Below are positions 17,734 through 29,217 of a DNA stretch of 64,000 nt, in pieces; the stretch's first letter is position 1, and each line of letters opens with the position of its first letter. Where the stretch lies: contig CANHXZ010000001.1 in NCBI GenBank assembly GCA_947464785.1, forward strand, positions 705 through 64,704. Direction: 5' to 3'. The DNA is from Flavobacteriales bacterium. Its GTDB lineage: Bacteria; Bacteroidota; Bacteroidia; Flavobacteriales; Schleiferiaceae. Under the pieces are notes generated by a model. It saw nothing but the letters and a program-made list of their open reading frames with translations, searched no databases and was not told the origin of the DNA. A program made the translations under genes and the position numbers.

Positions 17734-20508
17734 TTACGACTTTTTTTTCACTTTAGACAAATCACACGTTACCGTAGCATAAGCCAATCGGCCCACCGTC
17801 GGTCCGCCGTACACCTGAATAACCTGTGCGTTGAGCAGGTTGCTTGCCCCCAATTTTACCGTCCATTTTGATGTTGGCTTGTACCAAGAAACTTGCGCAT
17901 CCACCAAGCTGTAACTGTCAATGGCTCCCGTGAATTGAGGAGACCCTTCAAACAAAAAACCCTGAACCCATTTGTACGTAACGTTAAAGCCGCAAAATCC
18001 AGACGCAATTTTCCAATCCAAATCGCGACCAGATACGGAAATATTGAATTTATTTGCCGGAGTGTTGTAGGCCGGGATGATGGGGTCGTCTACCGCGGAA
18101 TTCAAGACATTCCACGTGTAGTTGCCGGCAAGGGTATACCGCGAAAAATAGTAGTTGACTCCTGCACTGAAGCCCTGTGTGGTAACCATTTGCTCTGCAT
18201 TTGAGGCTATTCGGTACGCTTGCACGCCTTTCAGCCGGTCCACCGCGGAGCCTCCCGGGTCGTCCTCAATCTTCAACCCAATGTGGTACCCAATGAAGTC
18301 CGTGTACCAACTGTAGTAGTAGGTGGCATCTACGTACAACTTCTTCCATAAAGTCGTCCGCAAGCCTACCTCTGCGTTGCGAACTTGTTCCGGACGAACG
18401 GCCTCCCGGTTGTAGTAATCCCAAACCCAAGAAGATCGTTCCTGAACCCCCGCGCCTAAAAACTGCTGTACCTCGTTTATGGTAACCAGGGAGTCGTATC
18501 CGTTCAAATTACCCAACAACAGGGCGCGCCCCACGTTGTAGTATAAGTACTGGTCCTGCAAGGTTGGGTTCCGAACGGCTGAAGAGACGCCAAAACGCAG
18601 CACGGTGCTGCTGTTGGGCTTGTAAACGGCCGATGCCGCCGGTGATGCCAGCCATCGGAAGTTTTGGTTCTTGTCCAATCGGCCGGAAGCATTTACCGTC
18701 CATCGGTTCCAGCTCCGCTCCCATCCTCCGTACAACCCAAATTCAGAAACCCGCAGTCTGCGTCCGTTGGTGTCGCTGAACAAGGTTCCGCGCGAATTGG
18801 GCGCGTACCGCCGATAACTTCCGCCCAAGGTCCAAACACCAAATGCATCACTTTGCCATTTCCTTTGTCCGTGTACATGCGCTAAAGACGAACGGTCCCA
18901 AAATCGACTCCCCCCTTCATTGAACGTGCGGGAAATAATGTGCTCCTTGAGGGCCGCGAATCCGGCAGAACCGGGTAGCAACAAACTGTCTGGATCGTAA
19001 GCCGCATTCATCCAATTCCGGTTGCTTTCGTGGAACGCCTGAAACTGATCCGGATTCGCAGCCGCAAAATCGCGCATTTGCGCGCTGAACTCCTCAAACG
19101 GCAGCGACTCATCCGGAAAACCCGGCAAGGCACGCAGGCTTGGCTTCTGGAATATGGTCCAAAAGGAGCGGTACTGATTGGCCCAAAATCCCTCGTTCAA
19201 CACCGAGTCTTGCATGCGCAAGGCCGTGAAGTAGGCATCGTATGTTTTCCCGGCATCTTCGTGGGTGGTGTACGCGCGGACAAACCATTTATCCTCTTTT
19301 CGCAGCTCAACCCTGTTTTGAAGAAAAAGTATATCCTTTAAACTGAACCGGTTGTCTCCCTGGTAAACGGTGGTTCCGGTGCCAAAATTGAAGCTGTAAA
19401 TGCCCTCTATGCCCGTTCTGGTTTTGTAGTGCAGGGCCGATGCGATTTTGAGGTTTTCCGTATTGTAATCCACAAGCTCGTCTTCTTCAATTCCGCGGCG
19501 GTGGTAATTGCCAATGCCGGCATACGTCTTGACATCCCCTCCGTCGTTGTAGGCAATCTCGTCGCCGTACCGATTGACGGCGTCGTACCCCCCCGGATTG
19601 GTAATGGACGACGGTGAATCGTCTGTTGCGTTCAAATTGGTGGCTTCCCAATCGTCTGCGCGCAGGGCAAATAAGTTGATTTTGTAGACCCAACTGGGGG
19701 ATCCATCGGCTCGCTGAAACGCTTCTGCATGGCGAAAGGCCACTTCCGCCAACCGTCGTTCTCCCGCCTTCATCTGGAACGCAGTCCCCTGAAATCGATA
19801 GGGGTCTTTGGTGTTGATGGAAATTACCCCATTAAAGGCCGACGGTCCGTACAACGCTCCTACCGCGCCCGAAATAATGTCTACCTGCTGCACGTCCAGT
19901 TCGGAGGCACCCAAGAAATTCCCCAAAGAAAAGTTCAAACCGGGTGCCTGATTGTCTATTCCGTCGATGACCTGAAGGCTGCGAACCGGGCTGGTGCTGT
20001 TGAAACCGCGGGTGTTGATGATCTTAAAACCAATGCTGGCTGAGGTAAGATCCACTCCCTTCATGGCTCCCAGGGCCTCATAAAAATTGGGGGCAGGCGC
20101 CTCTTTCATGGAGACCAGATCCAACGCCTCAATGGTCAAAGGCGCCTGTTTTTGCTTTTCGCTGATTTTGGCACCCACAACCTCAGCGGCTGAAAGTTGC
20201 GTGGACGCAGGCTTGAGCCCCACCAACAGGGACTTCTGTTCACTGCGTATTTCTACTTGGGTCTCTTGGTAGCCAAACGACGTAATTCGAATCCTCCCGG
20301 GGACCGCTACCGACGGCAACCAAAATCGCCCGTCCAGGTCCGTCGCCGTTTTTGTTGTGCCCCAATAAACCACGGACTGCAAAGGCTCTCGCGTGCGTTC
20401 GTCCACTACTTGGCCCGCAACCGAAACGTTTTGAGCCCGTAAATCCGCACCAAAAACCACCGCGATAAGCGCACAAAAACCACGAAAAAAAATATTTTTC
20501 ACTCCCAT
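17734..20508 (-). CDS. TonB-dependent receptor with N-terminal carboxypeptidase-regulatory-like domain
   Basis: 924 aa. Signal peptide, then VSVAGQVVDERTREPLQSVVYWGTTKTATDLDGRFWLP (CarbopepD_reg-like). Plug-like LTIEALDL...FKIINTRGFNS...SLQVIDGIDNQAP, followed by long beta-barrel sequence. Confidence 0.92.
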   Translation of the reverse strand: MGVKNIFFRGFCALIAVVFGADLRAQNVSVAGQVVDERTREPLQSVVYWGTTKTATDLDGRFWLPSVAVPGRIRITSFGYQETQVEIRSEQKSLLVGLKPASTQLSAAEVVGAKISEKQKQAPLTIEALDLVSMKEAPAPNFYEALGAMKGVDLTSASIGFKIINTRGFNSTSPVRSLQVIDGIDNQAPGLNFSLGNFLGASELDVQQVDIISGAVGALYGPSAFNGVISINTKDPYRFQGTAFQMKAGERRLAEVAFRHAEAFQRADGSPSWVYKINLFALRADDWEATNLNATDDSPSSITNPGGYDAVNRYGDEIAYNDGGDVKTYAGIGNYHRRGIEEDELVDYNTENLKIASALHYKTRTGIEGIYSFNFGTGTTVYQGDNRFSLKDILFLQNRVELRKEDKWFVRAYTTHEDAGKTYDAYFTALRMQDSVLNEGFWANQYRSFWTIFQKPSLRALPGFPDESLPFEEFSAQMRDFAAANPDQFQAFHESNRNWMNAAYDPDSLLLPGSAGFAALKEHIISRTFNEGGSRFWDRSSLAHVHGQRKWQSDAFGVWTLGGSYRRYAPNSRGTLFSDTNGRRLRVSEFGLYGGWERSWNRWTVNASGRLDKNQNFRWLASPAASAVYKPNSSTVLRFGVSSAVRNPTLQDQYLYYNVGRALLLGNLNGYDSLVTINEVQQFLGAGVQERSSWVWDYYNREAVRPEQVRNAEVGLRTTLWKKLYVDATYYYSWYTDFIGYHIGLKIEDDPGGSAVDRLKGVQAYRIASNAEQMVTTQGFSAGVNYYFSRYTLAGNYTWNVLNSAVDDPIIPAYNTPANKFNISVSGRDLDWKIASGFCGFNVTYKWVQGFLFEGSPQFTGAIDSYSLVDAQVSWYKPTSKWTVKLGASNLLNAQVIQVYGGPTVGRLAYATVTCDLSKVKKKS

Positions 20509-20584
20509 ACTTACTGATCAAGCATCACCAATGTACGGATTATCTGCGCATTAAATCTGATTTCTACTGGCGTGGAGGATGGTT

Positions 20585-20592
20585 TACCTTTA
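20585..20592 (+). promoter_or_regulatory. variant -7 box (TACCTTTA) 4 nt upstream of ATG 20597
   Basis: TACCTTTA-CCCC-ATG. This is almost identical to TACCTTTG-CCCC-ATG at the carboxyltransferase gene and gatC. Confidence 0.4.
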
Positions 20593-20596
20593 CCCC

Positions 20597-20983
20597 ATGA
20601 AGAATCAAAAAACCATCTACTGGATTGCCACCGGCATCATCGTAGTATTCGAAGGAGTCATGCCGGCACTGACGGGCACGTCCGAGATGGCTCGGGCGGG
20701 CATGGCGCACTTGGGCTACCCGGGATACTTTGCCTTGATGCTGGCCACCTTTAAAGTAGTGGGCGTTCTGGCGTTGGCGCTTCCGTTCGTGCCCAAAACC
20801 TTGCGCGAATGGGCCTACGGGTGCTTTGTTTTGGAACTGATCTCCGCAACGTGGAGTCATGCAGCCGTGGACGGCTGGAGCAACGGACAAACGTATTTCC
20901 CAGCGGTGATATTGGGCATCTTGCTGACGTCGTACTTCACACGGAACGGTGCCTACGCAGCTTCTGCACAGCCCGCCTCCTAA
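20597..20983 (+). CDS. DoxX-like integral membrane protein
   Basis: Start set at ATG 20597 (MKNQKTIYWIATGIIVVFEGVMPALTG...) on the basis of the box. Four hydrophobic helices. Confidence 0.7.
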   Translation: MKNQKTIYWIATGIIVVFEGVMPALTGTSEMARAGMAHLGYPGYFALMLATFKVVGVLALALPFVPKTLREWAYGCFVLELISATWSHAAVDGWSNGQTYFPAVILGILLTSYFTRNGAYAASAQPAS

Positions 20984-20995
20984 GCCCTCCCGGTT

Positions 20996-22543
20996 TTAAA
21001 GCGGCCCGTTTCCGTGCTTTTTGCGCGGATTCTTGACGGCCTTATTTTCCAAGAGCGCAAAAGCTTCCAACAAGCGAATGCGCGTTTGGCTGGGGAGGAT
21101 GACTTCGTCCACGTAACCGCGCGCGGCGGCGCCGTAGGGGTTGGCAAACGCTTCGGCGTATTCGGCTTCCTTCTGGGCCCAGGTTTCGGCCGGATTGCTG
21201 CTGGCCTCAATTTCCTTCTTGAAAATGATTTCCGCAGCGCCTTTGGCACCCATGACGGCAATTTCCGCCGTGGGCCACGCAAAGTTGAGGTCCGCCCCTA
21301 TGTGCTTGGAGTTCATGACGTCGTAGGCACCGCCGTAGGCCTTGCGGGTAATGACGGTAATGCGCGGGACGGTGGCTTCCGCAAAGGCGTAAAGCAGTTT
21401 GGCGCCGTTGGTGATGATGGCGTTCCACTCTTGGTCCGTGCCGGGCAGGAAGCCGGGAACGTCTTCAAGCACCAACAAAGGAATGTTGAAGGCGTCGCAA
21501 AAACGCACAAAACGCGCTGCCTTTTGGGAGGATTTGATGTCCAAGACGCCCGCGAGGAAGGCCGGCTGGTTGGCCACAATGCCGATGGAACGACCGCCCA
21601 GTCGGGCAAATCCCACCACGATGTTTTCCGCAAATTCGCGGTGCACTTCAAAGAAAGAGGCGTCGTCCACCAACCCGTCGATGACCGCGCGCATGTCGTA
21701 CGGGGCGTTGGCGTTCTCGGGGATGACGGTGTCCAGGGCCGGGCGCGACTCGTCGGACGGCGTGTAGTCCCACCGCGGAGGAAGTTCCTGGCAGTTCTGC
21801 GGAAGGTAGGACAGCAACGTGCGGAAACCGTCCAGCAGTTCGCGTTCGTTGGGGTAGGTGAAATGCGTGACGCCGCTTTTGCTGGCGTGGGTAAAGGCGC
21901 CACCCAATTCCTCGGAGGTCACCTCCTCGTGGGTCACCGTTTTCACGACGTTGGGGCCGGTGACGAACATGTAGCTGCTGCCTTCCACCATGCCGATGAA
22001 GTCCGTCAGCGCGGGGGAATAAACAGCTCCTCCAGCACAGGGGCCCAGGATCGCGCTCAACTGGGGAATGACGCCGCTGGCGCGGGTGTTTCGGTAGAAA
22101 ATATCTGCGTAACCGCCCAGAGAAACAACGCCCTCTTGGATGCGTGCACCGCCGGAATCGTTGAGGCCGATGACGGGAACCCCATTGTCCATAGCCAGGT
22201 CCATGATTCGGCAAATTTTCTGCGCGTGGGCCTCCGCCAGCGATCCGCCCAAAACGGTGAAGTCTTGCGCAAAAACAAACACTTTGCGGCCGTCGACCAA
22301 ACCGTAGCCGGTCACCACACCGTCGCCCAGGAATTTCTGTTGGTCCAAGCCAAACAGGGTGCTGCGGTGCTCCACCAATCGGCCAATTTCCACGAAGGAA
22401 TTGGGATCCAAGAAGAGCTCAATGCGCTCGCGCGCGGTCAATTTTCCTTTGGCGTGCTGGGCGTCGATGCGGGCCTGACCGCCGCCCAACTGGGCCTGTG
22501 CGTTCAAGTCCTTCAACCGGTCGAGGGGGGATTTTTGAGCCAT
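20996..22543 (-). CDS. acyl-CoA carboxylase carboxyltransferase subunit (propionyl-CoA carboxylase beta / methylmalonyl-CoA carboxyltransferase 12S type)
   Basis: 515 aa from ATG 22543 ([22 protein letters not shown]...). [34 protein letters not shown], and second-domain IVANQP...[23 protein letters not shown]. Confidence 0.93.
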   Translation of the reverse strand: MAQKSPLDRLKDLNAQAQLGGGQARIDAQHAKGKLTARERIELFLDPNSFVEIGRLVEHRSTLFGLDQQKFLGDGVVTGYGLVDGRKVFVFAQDFTVLGGSLAEAHAQKICRIMDLAMDNGVPVIGLNDSGGARIQEGVVSLGGYADIFYRNTRASGVIPQLSAILGPCAGGAVYSPALTDFIGMVEGSSYMFVTGPNVVKTVTHEEVTSEELGGAFTHASKSGVTHFTYPNERELLDGFRTLLSYLPQNCQELPPRWDYTPSDESRPALDTVIPENANAPYDMRAVIDGLVDDASFFEVHREFAENIVVGFARLGGRSIGIVANQPAFLAGVLDIKSSQKAARFVRFCDAFNIPLLVLEDVPGFLPGTDQEWNAIITNGAKLLYAFAEATVPRITVITRKAYGGAYDVMNSKHIGADLNFAWPTAEIAVMGAKGAAEIIFKKEIEASSNPAETWAQKEAEYAEAFANPYGAAARGYVDEVILPSQTRIRLLEAFALLENKAVKNPRKKHGNGPL

Positions 22544-22547
22544 GGGG

Positions 22548-22555
22548 CAAAGGTA
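22548..22555 (-). promoter_or_regulatory. TAnnTTTG -7 box (TACCTTTG) 4 nt upstream of the carboxyltransferase ATG
   Basis: Minus strand: GTACCTTTG-CCCC-ATG. A TTTG lies about 23 nt further upstream, as a possible -33 element. Confidence 0.55.
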
Positions 22556-22624
22556 CAACGAGAGGAACCGATGCCCAAAGTTAAATGTTTATTTTTCTAA
22601 CCTTTTTTTGTTGGATAACAATAC

Positions 22625-22638
22625 AATTTATAAATTTG
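22625..22638 (+). promoter_or_regulatory. TAnnTTTG -7 box (TAAATTTG, 22631-22638) overlapped by the perfect 12-bp palindrome AATTTATAAATT (22625-22636)
   Basis: The box is followed by CAGG and then GTG at 22643. The palindrome overlaps the box, so it is a candidate autoregulatory operator. Confidence 0.5.
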
Positions 22639-22642
22639 CAGG

Positions 22643-23437
22643 GTGAAAAACGAAACCGAACAAAATCTAGGGGCGGCACTTACCGCTTGGCGCAAAAAAT
22701 ATACACTATCGCAAGATCAAGTCGCCGGAATTATGGGGGTTGCACGGACGGCTGTGGTTCAAATTGAAGGCGGAGGAAGGCAGTTAGGCTTGTACGAAGC
22801 GCGCGCCTTGGCACACTACTACGGCATTCCCTTGGATGCCTTGTTCTTTCCGCCTTCTGAAACGGACAATCGCACAGGACTTTTGAACGAACCCACAGCG
22901 ACCTATGCGCCTGTTCTCCCATCGGAACGAACGGTGTCTGCTTGGAATCCGGCCGCTTTCGCAGAGGCCATACTCTTCCTATTGGAATCAATCGGGCCTG
23001 CTAACGGTTTGAACGAATCGACGGCGCTCCTATTAGCCTATTTGTCTGATTTCGAACACTACGCGCGATACGAGACCGGGATTACGGGAGCCAAATACCT
23101 CAAAACGGGTCCCTCCTCCTTAACGCTTTCCAGCCGAAAAGTCTTGGATGAGTTGTACGCAAGCGGGCGCGTGCAACGTCTTGCCGATGGTCCAAACAAA
23201 GGTGGTTCTGCGCGGTTGCTTGCATGGGATCAGGCCAACCCGCGGCTGTTAAGCGGTACTGCTTTTTGGGTATTATCCAACACTGCCCGGCGATTTGGCC
23301 ATTTTTCGCCTGAAGAACTTAGCGCACTCGTGGAAACCGACGTGCCCTTAAAAGGAGCCGCCATCGGCTCTGAGCTCAACTACGAGCTGGCTTTTTACCG
23401 GTTACCGCCTTTTTATTCGCCCATTCATGAAGAATGA
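22643..23437 (+). CDS. XRE-family HTH fused to a DUF4065/Panacea (SocA/GepA-like) domain; candidate antitoxin
   Basis: N-terminal LSQDQVAGIMGVARTAVVQIEGGGRQL (HTH). C-terminal ...STALLLAYLSDFEHYARYETGITGAKYLKTGPSS... follows the LQKLLY..D......G.PITG..Y.....GPV pattern I recall for DUF4065. GTG start. Confidence 0.7.
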   Translation: MKNETEQNLGAALTAWRKKYTLSQDQVAGIMGVARTAVVQIEGGGRQLGLYEARALAHYYGIPLDALFFPPSETDNRTGLLNEPTATYAPVLPSERTVSAWNPAAFAEAILFLLESIGPANGLNESTALLLAYLSDFEHYARYETGITGAKYLKTGPSSLTLSSRKVLDELYASGRVQRLADGPNKGGSARLLAWDQANPRLLSGTAFWVLSNTARRFGHFSPEELSALVETDVPLKGAAIGSELNYELAFYRLPPFYSPIHEE

Positions 23438-23807
23438 CCTTTGGCTTGCCGATCCCCGTTTTTTGAAGGATATCAAACGCCACGAACGCAAATGGAAAAC
23501 GGTTTCATACGACGTTCAAAACGTGTTGCTCGCTTTGTCTGCAGACGATCGCATGATCTCCTACCTTGGGAAACCCATGCCAGGCGTACCCGTTGGGTCT
23601 GGAATTTGGAAAATTCGGAAAATCGCATCGCGAAGTTTTCCCGGAAAAGGCATCCAATCCGGTTTTCGAATGATGATTTCGGTAACGTCCCACCGATCGG
23701 TCTGCTTGGAACTCTACCACAAATCCCAGCAAGAACATGCCGATCCAGCGCGTTTTCGGATTAACCCTGAAGAATGCGTGGAATGGTATCGAACGCGAGC
23801 CCTCTAA
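23427..23807 (+). CDS. RelE/HigB-superfamily-like toxin candidate
   Basis: 126 aa. Overlaps the upstream ORF by 11 nt. The core GIWKIRKIASRSFPGKGIQSGFRMMISVTSHRSVCLELYHKSQQE resembles the ...KlRv...GKsGGyRviy....i.ll.iy.K... core of RelE/HigB-type toxins. Confidence 0.55.
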   Translation: MKNDLWLADPRFLKDIKRHERKWKTVSYDVQNVLLALSADDRMISYLGKPMPGVPVGSGIWKIRKIASRSFPGKGIQSGFRMMISVTSHRSVCLELYHKSQQEHADPARFRINPEECVEWYRTRAL

Positions 23808-23817
23808 ATGATCCCGA

Positions 23818-25610
<1,793 letters not shown>

Positions 25611-25614
<4 letters not shown>

Positions 25615-26819
25615 GCGAATAAGGAACGCAGACGGTGCAGTAAAGGTTCTATATCAGTGAGGCGAAGGGTTCCAACGGAGAGGCGGAACCAGGGGCTGGT
25701 GGCGGAGGCGCCGAAGGCGCCGAACGGCACCAGGGCGATGCCGGCGTCGTTCAACAAACGCGAAGTGGCGTCGGGCAAATCCACCCGCACGGACAAGTAA
25801 ATGGCTCCTTGCGGGGCAATGGAGTCCACCGGAAATCCTTCGGCTTTCAAGGCTTGGAAGCCAGCGTGGAGCGCCATCAAGCGTTCCAAGGAAGCCTTTT
25901 GAATCACCCGAACGTCCTGATCCGCCTGCGGAGTGCCCAGGTAACGCGCCACCGCCACTTGTTCGGGCTTGGGAGCCCATGCGCCCAAGTGGCCCAGGAG
26001 GGTTTTCATTTTGGCGATCAGGGGAGCAGGCCCCACGGACCAGCCCACGCGTACGCCCGTGGCGGCAAAGCTCTTGGAAATGCCGTCCACGTACACGGTA
26101 AATTCCTTCATTTCCGGGCGCAGGCCCACCGGATGCACGTGCGCGGTGTCGTCGCCGGTGAGGGTCCAGTACATTTGGTCGTAGAGCACGAGAACCGGGC
26201 GTCTGCCGCTGTTGGCCCGACGTCGGTTTTCCTCCAGCACGGCGTCGCACAAGGCGCCCAAACCGTCGGCCGTAAAGACCGTTCCGGTGGGGTTCAAGGG
26301 CGAGCACAAGGCCAATAAACTGGCGGTTTCCAAGGTGGGAAGGACCTGTTCCGGCGTGGGCATGAAGCCGTTTTCCGGCAGCGCTTCCAGTTCCACGGGG
26401 GTTCCCCCCACGAGGTAGGTGTAGTGGTTGTTGTTCCAGCTGGGGACGGGGTACACCACATGTTCGCCCGGATTCACCCACGCTTGGTAAATGGCGTAGA
26501 TCAAAGGCCTGCCGCCCCCGGCCACCAGAACTTCGGTGTTCGGGTTGCACGGCAACTGCAAAGCATCCGCGTACCACTGAGCTACAGCGGCCCGAAGCGG
26601 CGCAATGCCGTCCGCAGGTGGGTAGTTGGTTTCGCCCGCGCGGTAGGCCGCTTGAATGCCTTCGGAAAGTGCCTCAGGCAACGGGAAAACCGCGGGATCA
26701 AAGTCGCCAATCGTCAAATTGAGGATGTCCTTTCCCTGCGCTTTGAGCGCGTTGATTTCTCCAGCGAGTTTGATGATCTCGCTGCCAATCAAATGGGCGG
26801 CTTTGTTGGATACTTGCAT
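25611..26819 (-). CDS. class I/II pyridoxal-phosphate aminotransferase (aspartate/aromatic type)
   Basis: Start set at ATG 26819 ([21 protein letters not shown]...), 18 nt downstream of a TACCTTTG box. PLP-lysine context [14 protein letters not shown]. The stop overlaps the lepA start (ATGA). Confidence 0.9.
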
Positions 26820-26837
26820 GGCGTTCTGATGAAGGTG

Positions 26838-26845
26838 CAAAGGTA
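26838..26845 (-). promoter_or_regulatory. TAnnTTTG -7 box (TACCTTTG) for the aminotransferase-lepA operon
   Basis: Exact consensus 18 nt upstream of ATG 26819. It lies inside the longer track ORF, which argues against the upstream start. Confidence 0.5.
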
Positions 26846-26906
26846 CCAAATCCCTGCCGGACGGCCTTGGAGAATTGAGTGGGTCAGCAGACGCTGCGGG
26901 CGGACC

Positions 26907-26939
26907 AAAAAAAGAGGCCGCCTCGTGCGAGGCGGCCTC
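26907..26939 (-). terminator. intrinsic terminator after the S46 peptidase gene
   Basis: Minus strand: GAGGCCGCCUCG-CA-CGAGGCGGCCUC (12-bp stem) followed by UUUUUUU. Confidence 0.75.
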
Positions 26940-26988
26940 TCAAAATAGGGGCTGCGCGGCCGCTGGGGGCCGCAAATCGTACATTCGT

Positions 26989-29142
26989 TTACTTCACCAA
27001 CGTCATCTCCTGCACCAGGTGACCGGCGCCGGCGTACTTGTCGATGATGAACAAAACGTAGCGGATGTCGCACGAGATGGTGCGCTGCAGCTGCGTTTCA
27101 AAGAAAATATCGCCGCTCATGGCTTCCCAGTTGCCGTCGAACGCCGTTCCAATCAACTCGCCGCGTGCATTGATCACCGGAGAACCGGAGTTGCCGCCCG
27201 TGATGTCGTTGTTGGAAATGAAGCCCACGGGCAATTCGCCCGCTGCGTTGGCGTAGATGCCGTAGTCCTTGGCGTCGTACAGCGCCTTCAGTTTGGCGGG
27301 CACCTCAAATTCTGGATTGCTGTTGTCCATTTTCTGCATCACGCCTTCCAGGGTGGTGTAGTGCTTGAACGTCACGCCGTCTTTGGGCTGGTAGCTGCCC
27401 ACCTTGCCGTACGTCATGCGCATGGTGGAGTTGGCGTCTGGCGCCCATTTCTTCTCCGGCATCATCTCGCGTACCGCAGCGGACCACTGGCGGTAAGCCA
27501 ATGCCTTCTTGTCTGCCGTGGCCTTGCGCGCTTTGGCACCGCCCGTGCGGAGGTCCCAAATTTGCTTCATGGCTTGGCCCAGCAAATCGCTTTCAACAGA
27601 AGCCAACGTGGGGTTGGCCGCCCAAGCCTCGTAGCGTGCAGCGTCCGTAAATACAGACGAACTGTACACTTTGGCTGCAAAATTCGCAAACGAACCGTGC
27701 TCGGCGTTGACTTTGGTCAGGAAGGCAGGAAGCTGGTCTGCGGGCACGTTTTTGGCCCACATTTCCCACAAAATAGCCATCATTTCTTGGTCCGACGCCG
27801 CGTTGAACTCCGCAAAAAATCCGGTTCCACCTTCTTTCAACGAGGCGGCCAATTTGGCTACGTCCTCTGAGGAAGCATCTTTCTTCAGCATGGCCAAACG
27901 GCGGTAGGCGGTCAAGGCCAACATGGGGGCTGCGGGGCCGCGCAAACCGGCTTCGTTCGCATAGACGTCGCCCACCACGGTGGGATCGGACTCCTGGTAG
28001 GATTCTGCCAACAACTGCAAGGTGTTGCCGTACTTCGCTTGACGCGCGGGGTCTTGCGCCACCCAAGTGCGGAAACGGTTTTCCAAAGCGGCCTTCTTGT
28101 CGAACACCTTGTTGTTTTTGAGCTGCTCGGTTTGGCCGATGAAGTACTTCCAGTAGTTTGCGGTCTGCGCGTAGTTGGCGGACAACATGATTTCCACCTT
28201 CTTATCGGCATTCATGTACTTCTTCATGGTCTTGAGCTTCGCGTCGCGAATGGTCACCACCGTGGGGTTGTACTTGTCGATGGCCTGCTGCACGCCCCAG
28301 GAGCTGAGGTAGCGGTTGGTACGGCCTGGGTACCCAAAAACCATGGTGAAATCACCGTCTTCCACGCCGCGCAAGCTCACGGGCAGGTGGTGCTTGGGCT
28401 TCAAAGGAACGTTGGCGGGGTCAAAGCCCTTGGACGGGGTGCCGTCGGCGTTCATGTACACGCGGAACATGCTGAAATCGCCGGTGTGGCGGGGCCACAT
28501 CCAGTTGTCGGTATCGCCGCCGTACTTGCCCACGCTGCTGGGCGGTGCACCCACCAAACGCACGTCGTTGAAGGTGTTGTAGACAAACAGGTAGAACTCG
28601 TTGCCGTGGTAAAAGGACTCCACCGATGCGTTGTAGGTAGTGCCTTCGGTTGCTTTTTTCGTCAATTCTGACGCTGCCTTGGCGATGGCCGCGCGGCGCT
28701 CGTCTTCCGACATGCCGGCCGTCAGCTGGGCGTTGATTTGTGCGGAAACGTCTTCCATGCGCACCAAAAAGGCCGCGTACAAACCGGGGTTGGGCAGCTC
28801 TTGCTCCTTGTTCATGGCCCAAAAGCCGTCGTCCAAGTAGTTGTGCTCCACAGTGGAATGCGTTTGGATGGCGTCGTAGCCGCAGTGGTGGTTGGTCAGC
28901 AGCAAGCCCTGCGAGGAAATCACTTCGCCGGTGCAAAATCCGCCGAAGGAAACGATGGCGTCCTTCAGGGAGCCGTGGTTTACGTCGTACAGATCTTTGG
29001 CGGACAACTTCAGTCCGGCCTTGCGCATGTCTTGGTAGTTGAGCTTCTGCATCAAGAGCGGAAGCCACATGCCTTCGTCGGCCCGAACGGCCGTGGGCAA
29101 TGCCAGGATCAGGGCGAGTAGGAGGGAGAGGAATCTTTTCAT
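26989..29142 (-). CDS. S46-family dipeptidyl-peptidase (DPP7/DPP11 type)
   Basis: Start set at ATG 29142 (MKRFLSLLLALILALPTAVRADEGMWLPLL, the typical S46 signal peptide plus DEGMW start). Catalytic-Ser context TGGNSGSPV. His context LLTNHHCG. Confidence 0.9.
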   Translation of the reverse strand: MKRFLSLLLALILALPTAVRADEGMWLPLLMQKLNYQDMRKAGLKLSAKDLYDVNHGSLKDAIVSFGGFCTGEVISSQGLLLTNHHCGYDAIQTHSTVEHNYLDDGFWAMNKEQELPNPGLYAAFLVRMEDVSAQINAQLTAGMSEDERRAAIAKAASELTKKATEGTTYNASVESFYHGNEFYLFVYNTFNDVRLVGAPPSSVGKYGGDTDNWMWPRHTGDFSMFRVYMNADGTPSKGFDPANVPLKPKHHLPVSLRGVEDGDFTMVFGYPGRTNRYLSSWGVQQAIDKYNPTVVTIRDAKLKTMKKYMNADKKVEIMLSANYAQTANYWKYFIGQTEQLKNNKVFDKKAALENRFRTWVAQDPARQAKYGNTLQLLAESYQESDPTVVGDVYANEAGLRGPAAPMLALTAYRRLAMLKKDASSEDVAKLAASLKEGGTGFFAEFNAASDQEMMAILWEMWAKNVPADQLPAFLTKVNAEHGSFANFAAKVYSSSVFTDAARYEAWAANPTLASVESDLLGQAMKQIWDLRTGGAKARKATADKKALAYRQWSAAVREMMPEKKWAPDANSTMRMTYGKVGSYQPKDGVTFKHYTTLEGVMQKMDNSNPEFEVPAKLKALYDAKDYGIYANAAGELPVGFISNNDITGGNSGSPVINARGELIGTAFDGNWEAMSGDIFFETQLQRTISCDIRYVLFIIDKYAGAGHLVQEMTLVK

Positions 29143-29148
29143 AGGGAT

Positions 29149-29156
29149 CAAAGTTA
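29149..29156 (-). promoter_or_regulatory. TAnnTTTG -7 box (TAACTTTG) 6 nt upstream of the S46 peptidase ATG
   Basis: Minus strand: TAACTTTG-ATCCCT-ATG. Confidence 0.5.
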
Positions 29157-29203
29157 AGGTGCAAATGCAAACGGAGGTATTGGAGCTCCGGGGGCACCTT
29201 CCG

Positions 29204-29211
29204 TACCTTGG
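29204..29211 (+). promoter_or_regulatory. variant -7 box (TACCTTGG) 6 nt upstream of the GH31 ATG
   Basis: TACCTTGG-TGGGCC-ATG. One mismatch to consensus. It is divergent from the S46 promoter 48 nt away. Confidence 0.35.
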
Positions 29212-29217
29212 TGGGCC

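Noticed and set aside
22561-22642. The AT-rich stretch upstream of the XRE-Panacea gene as a mobile-element end or att site
   Set aside because: No inverted or direct repeats flank the two-gene module, and there is no recombinase. The AT-richness is explained by two divergent promoters.
26940-26988. GC-rich palindromes (GCGGCCGC-containing) next to the S46 terminator, as a REP-like element
   Set aside because: They occur only once in the window. They are most simply a second, weaker hairpin of the same terminator region.
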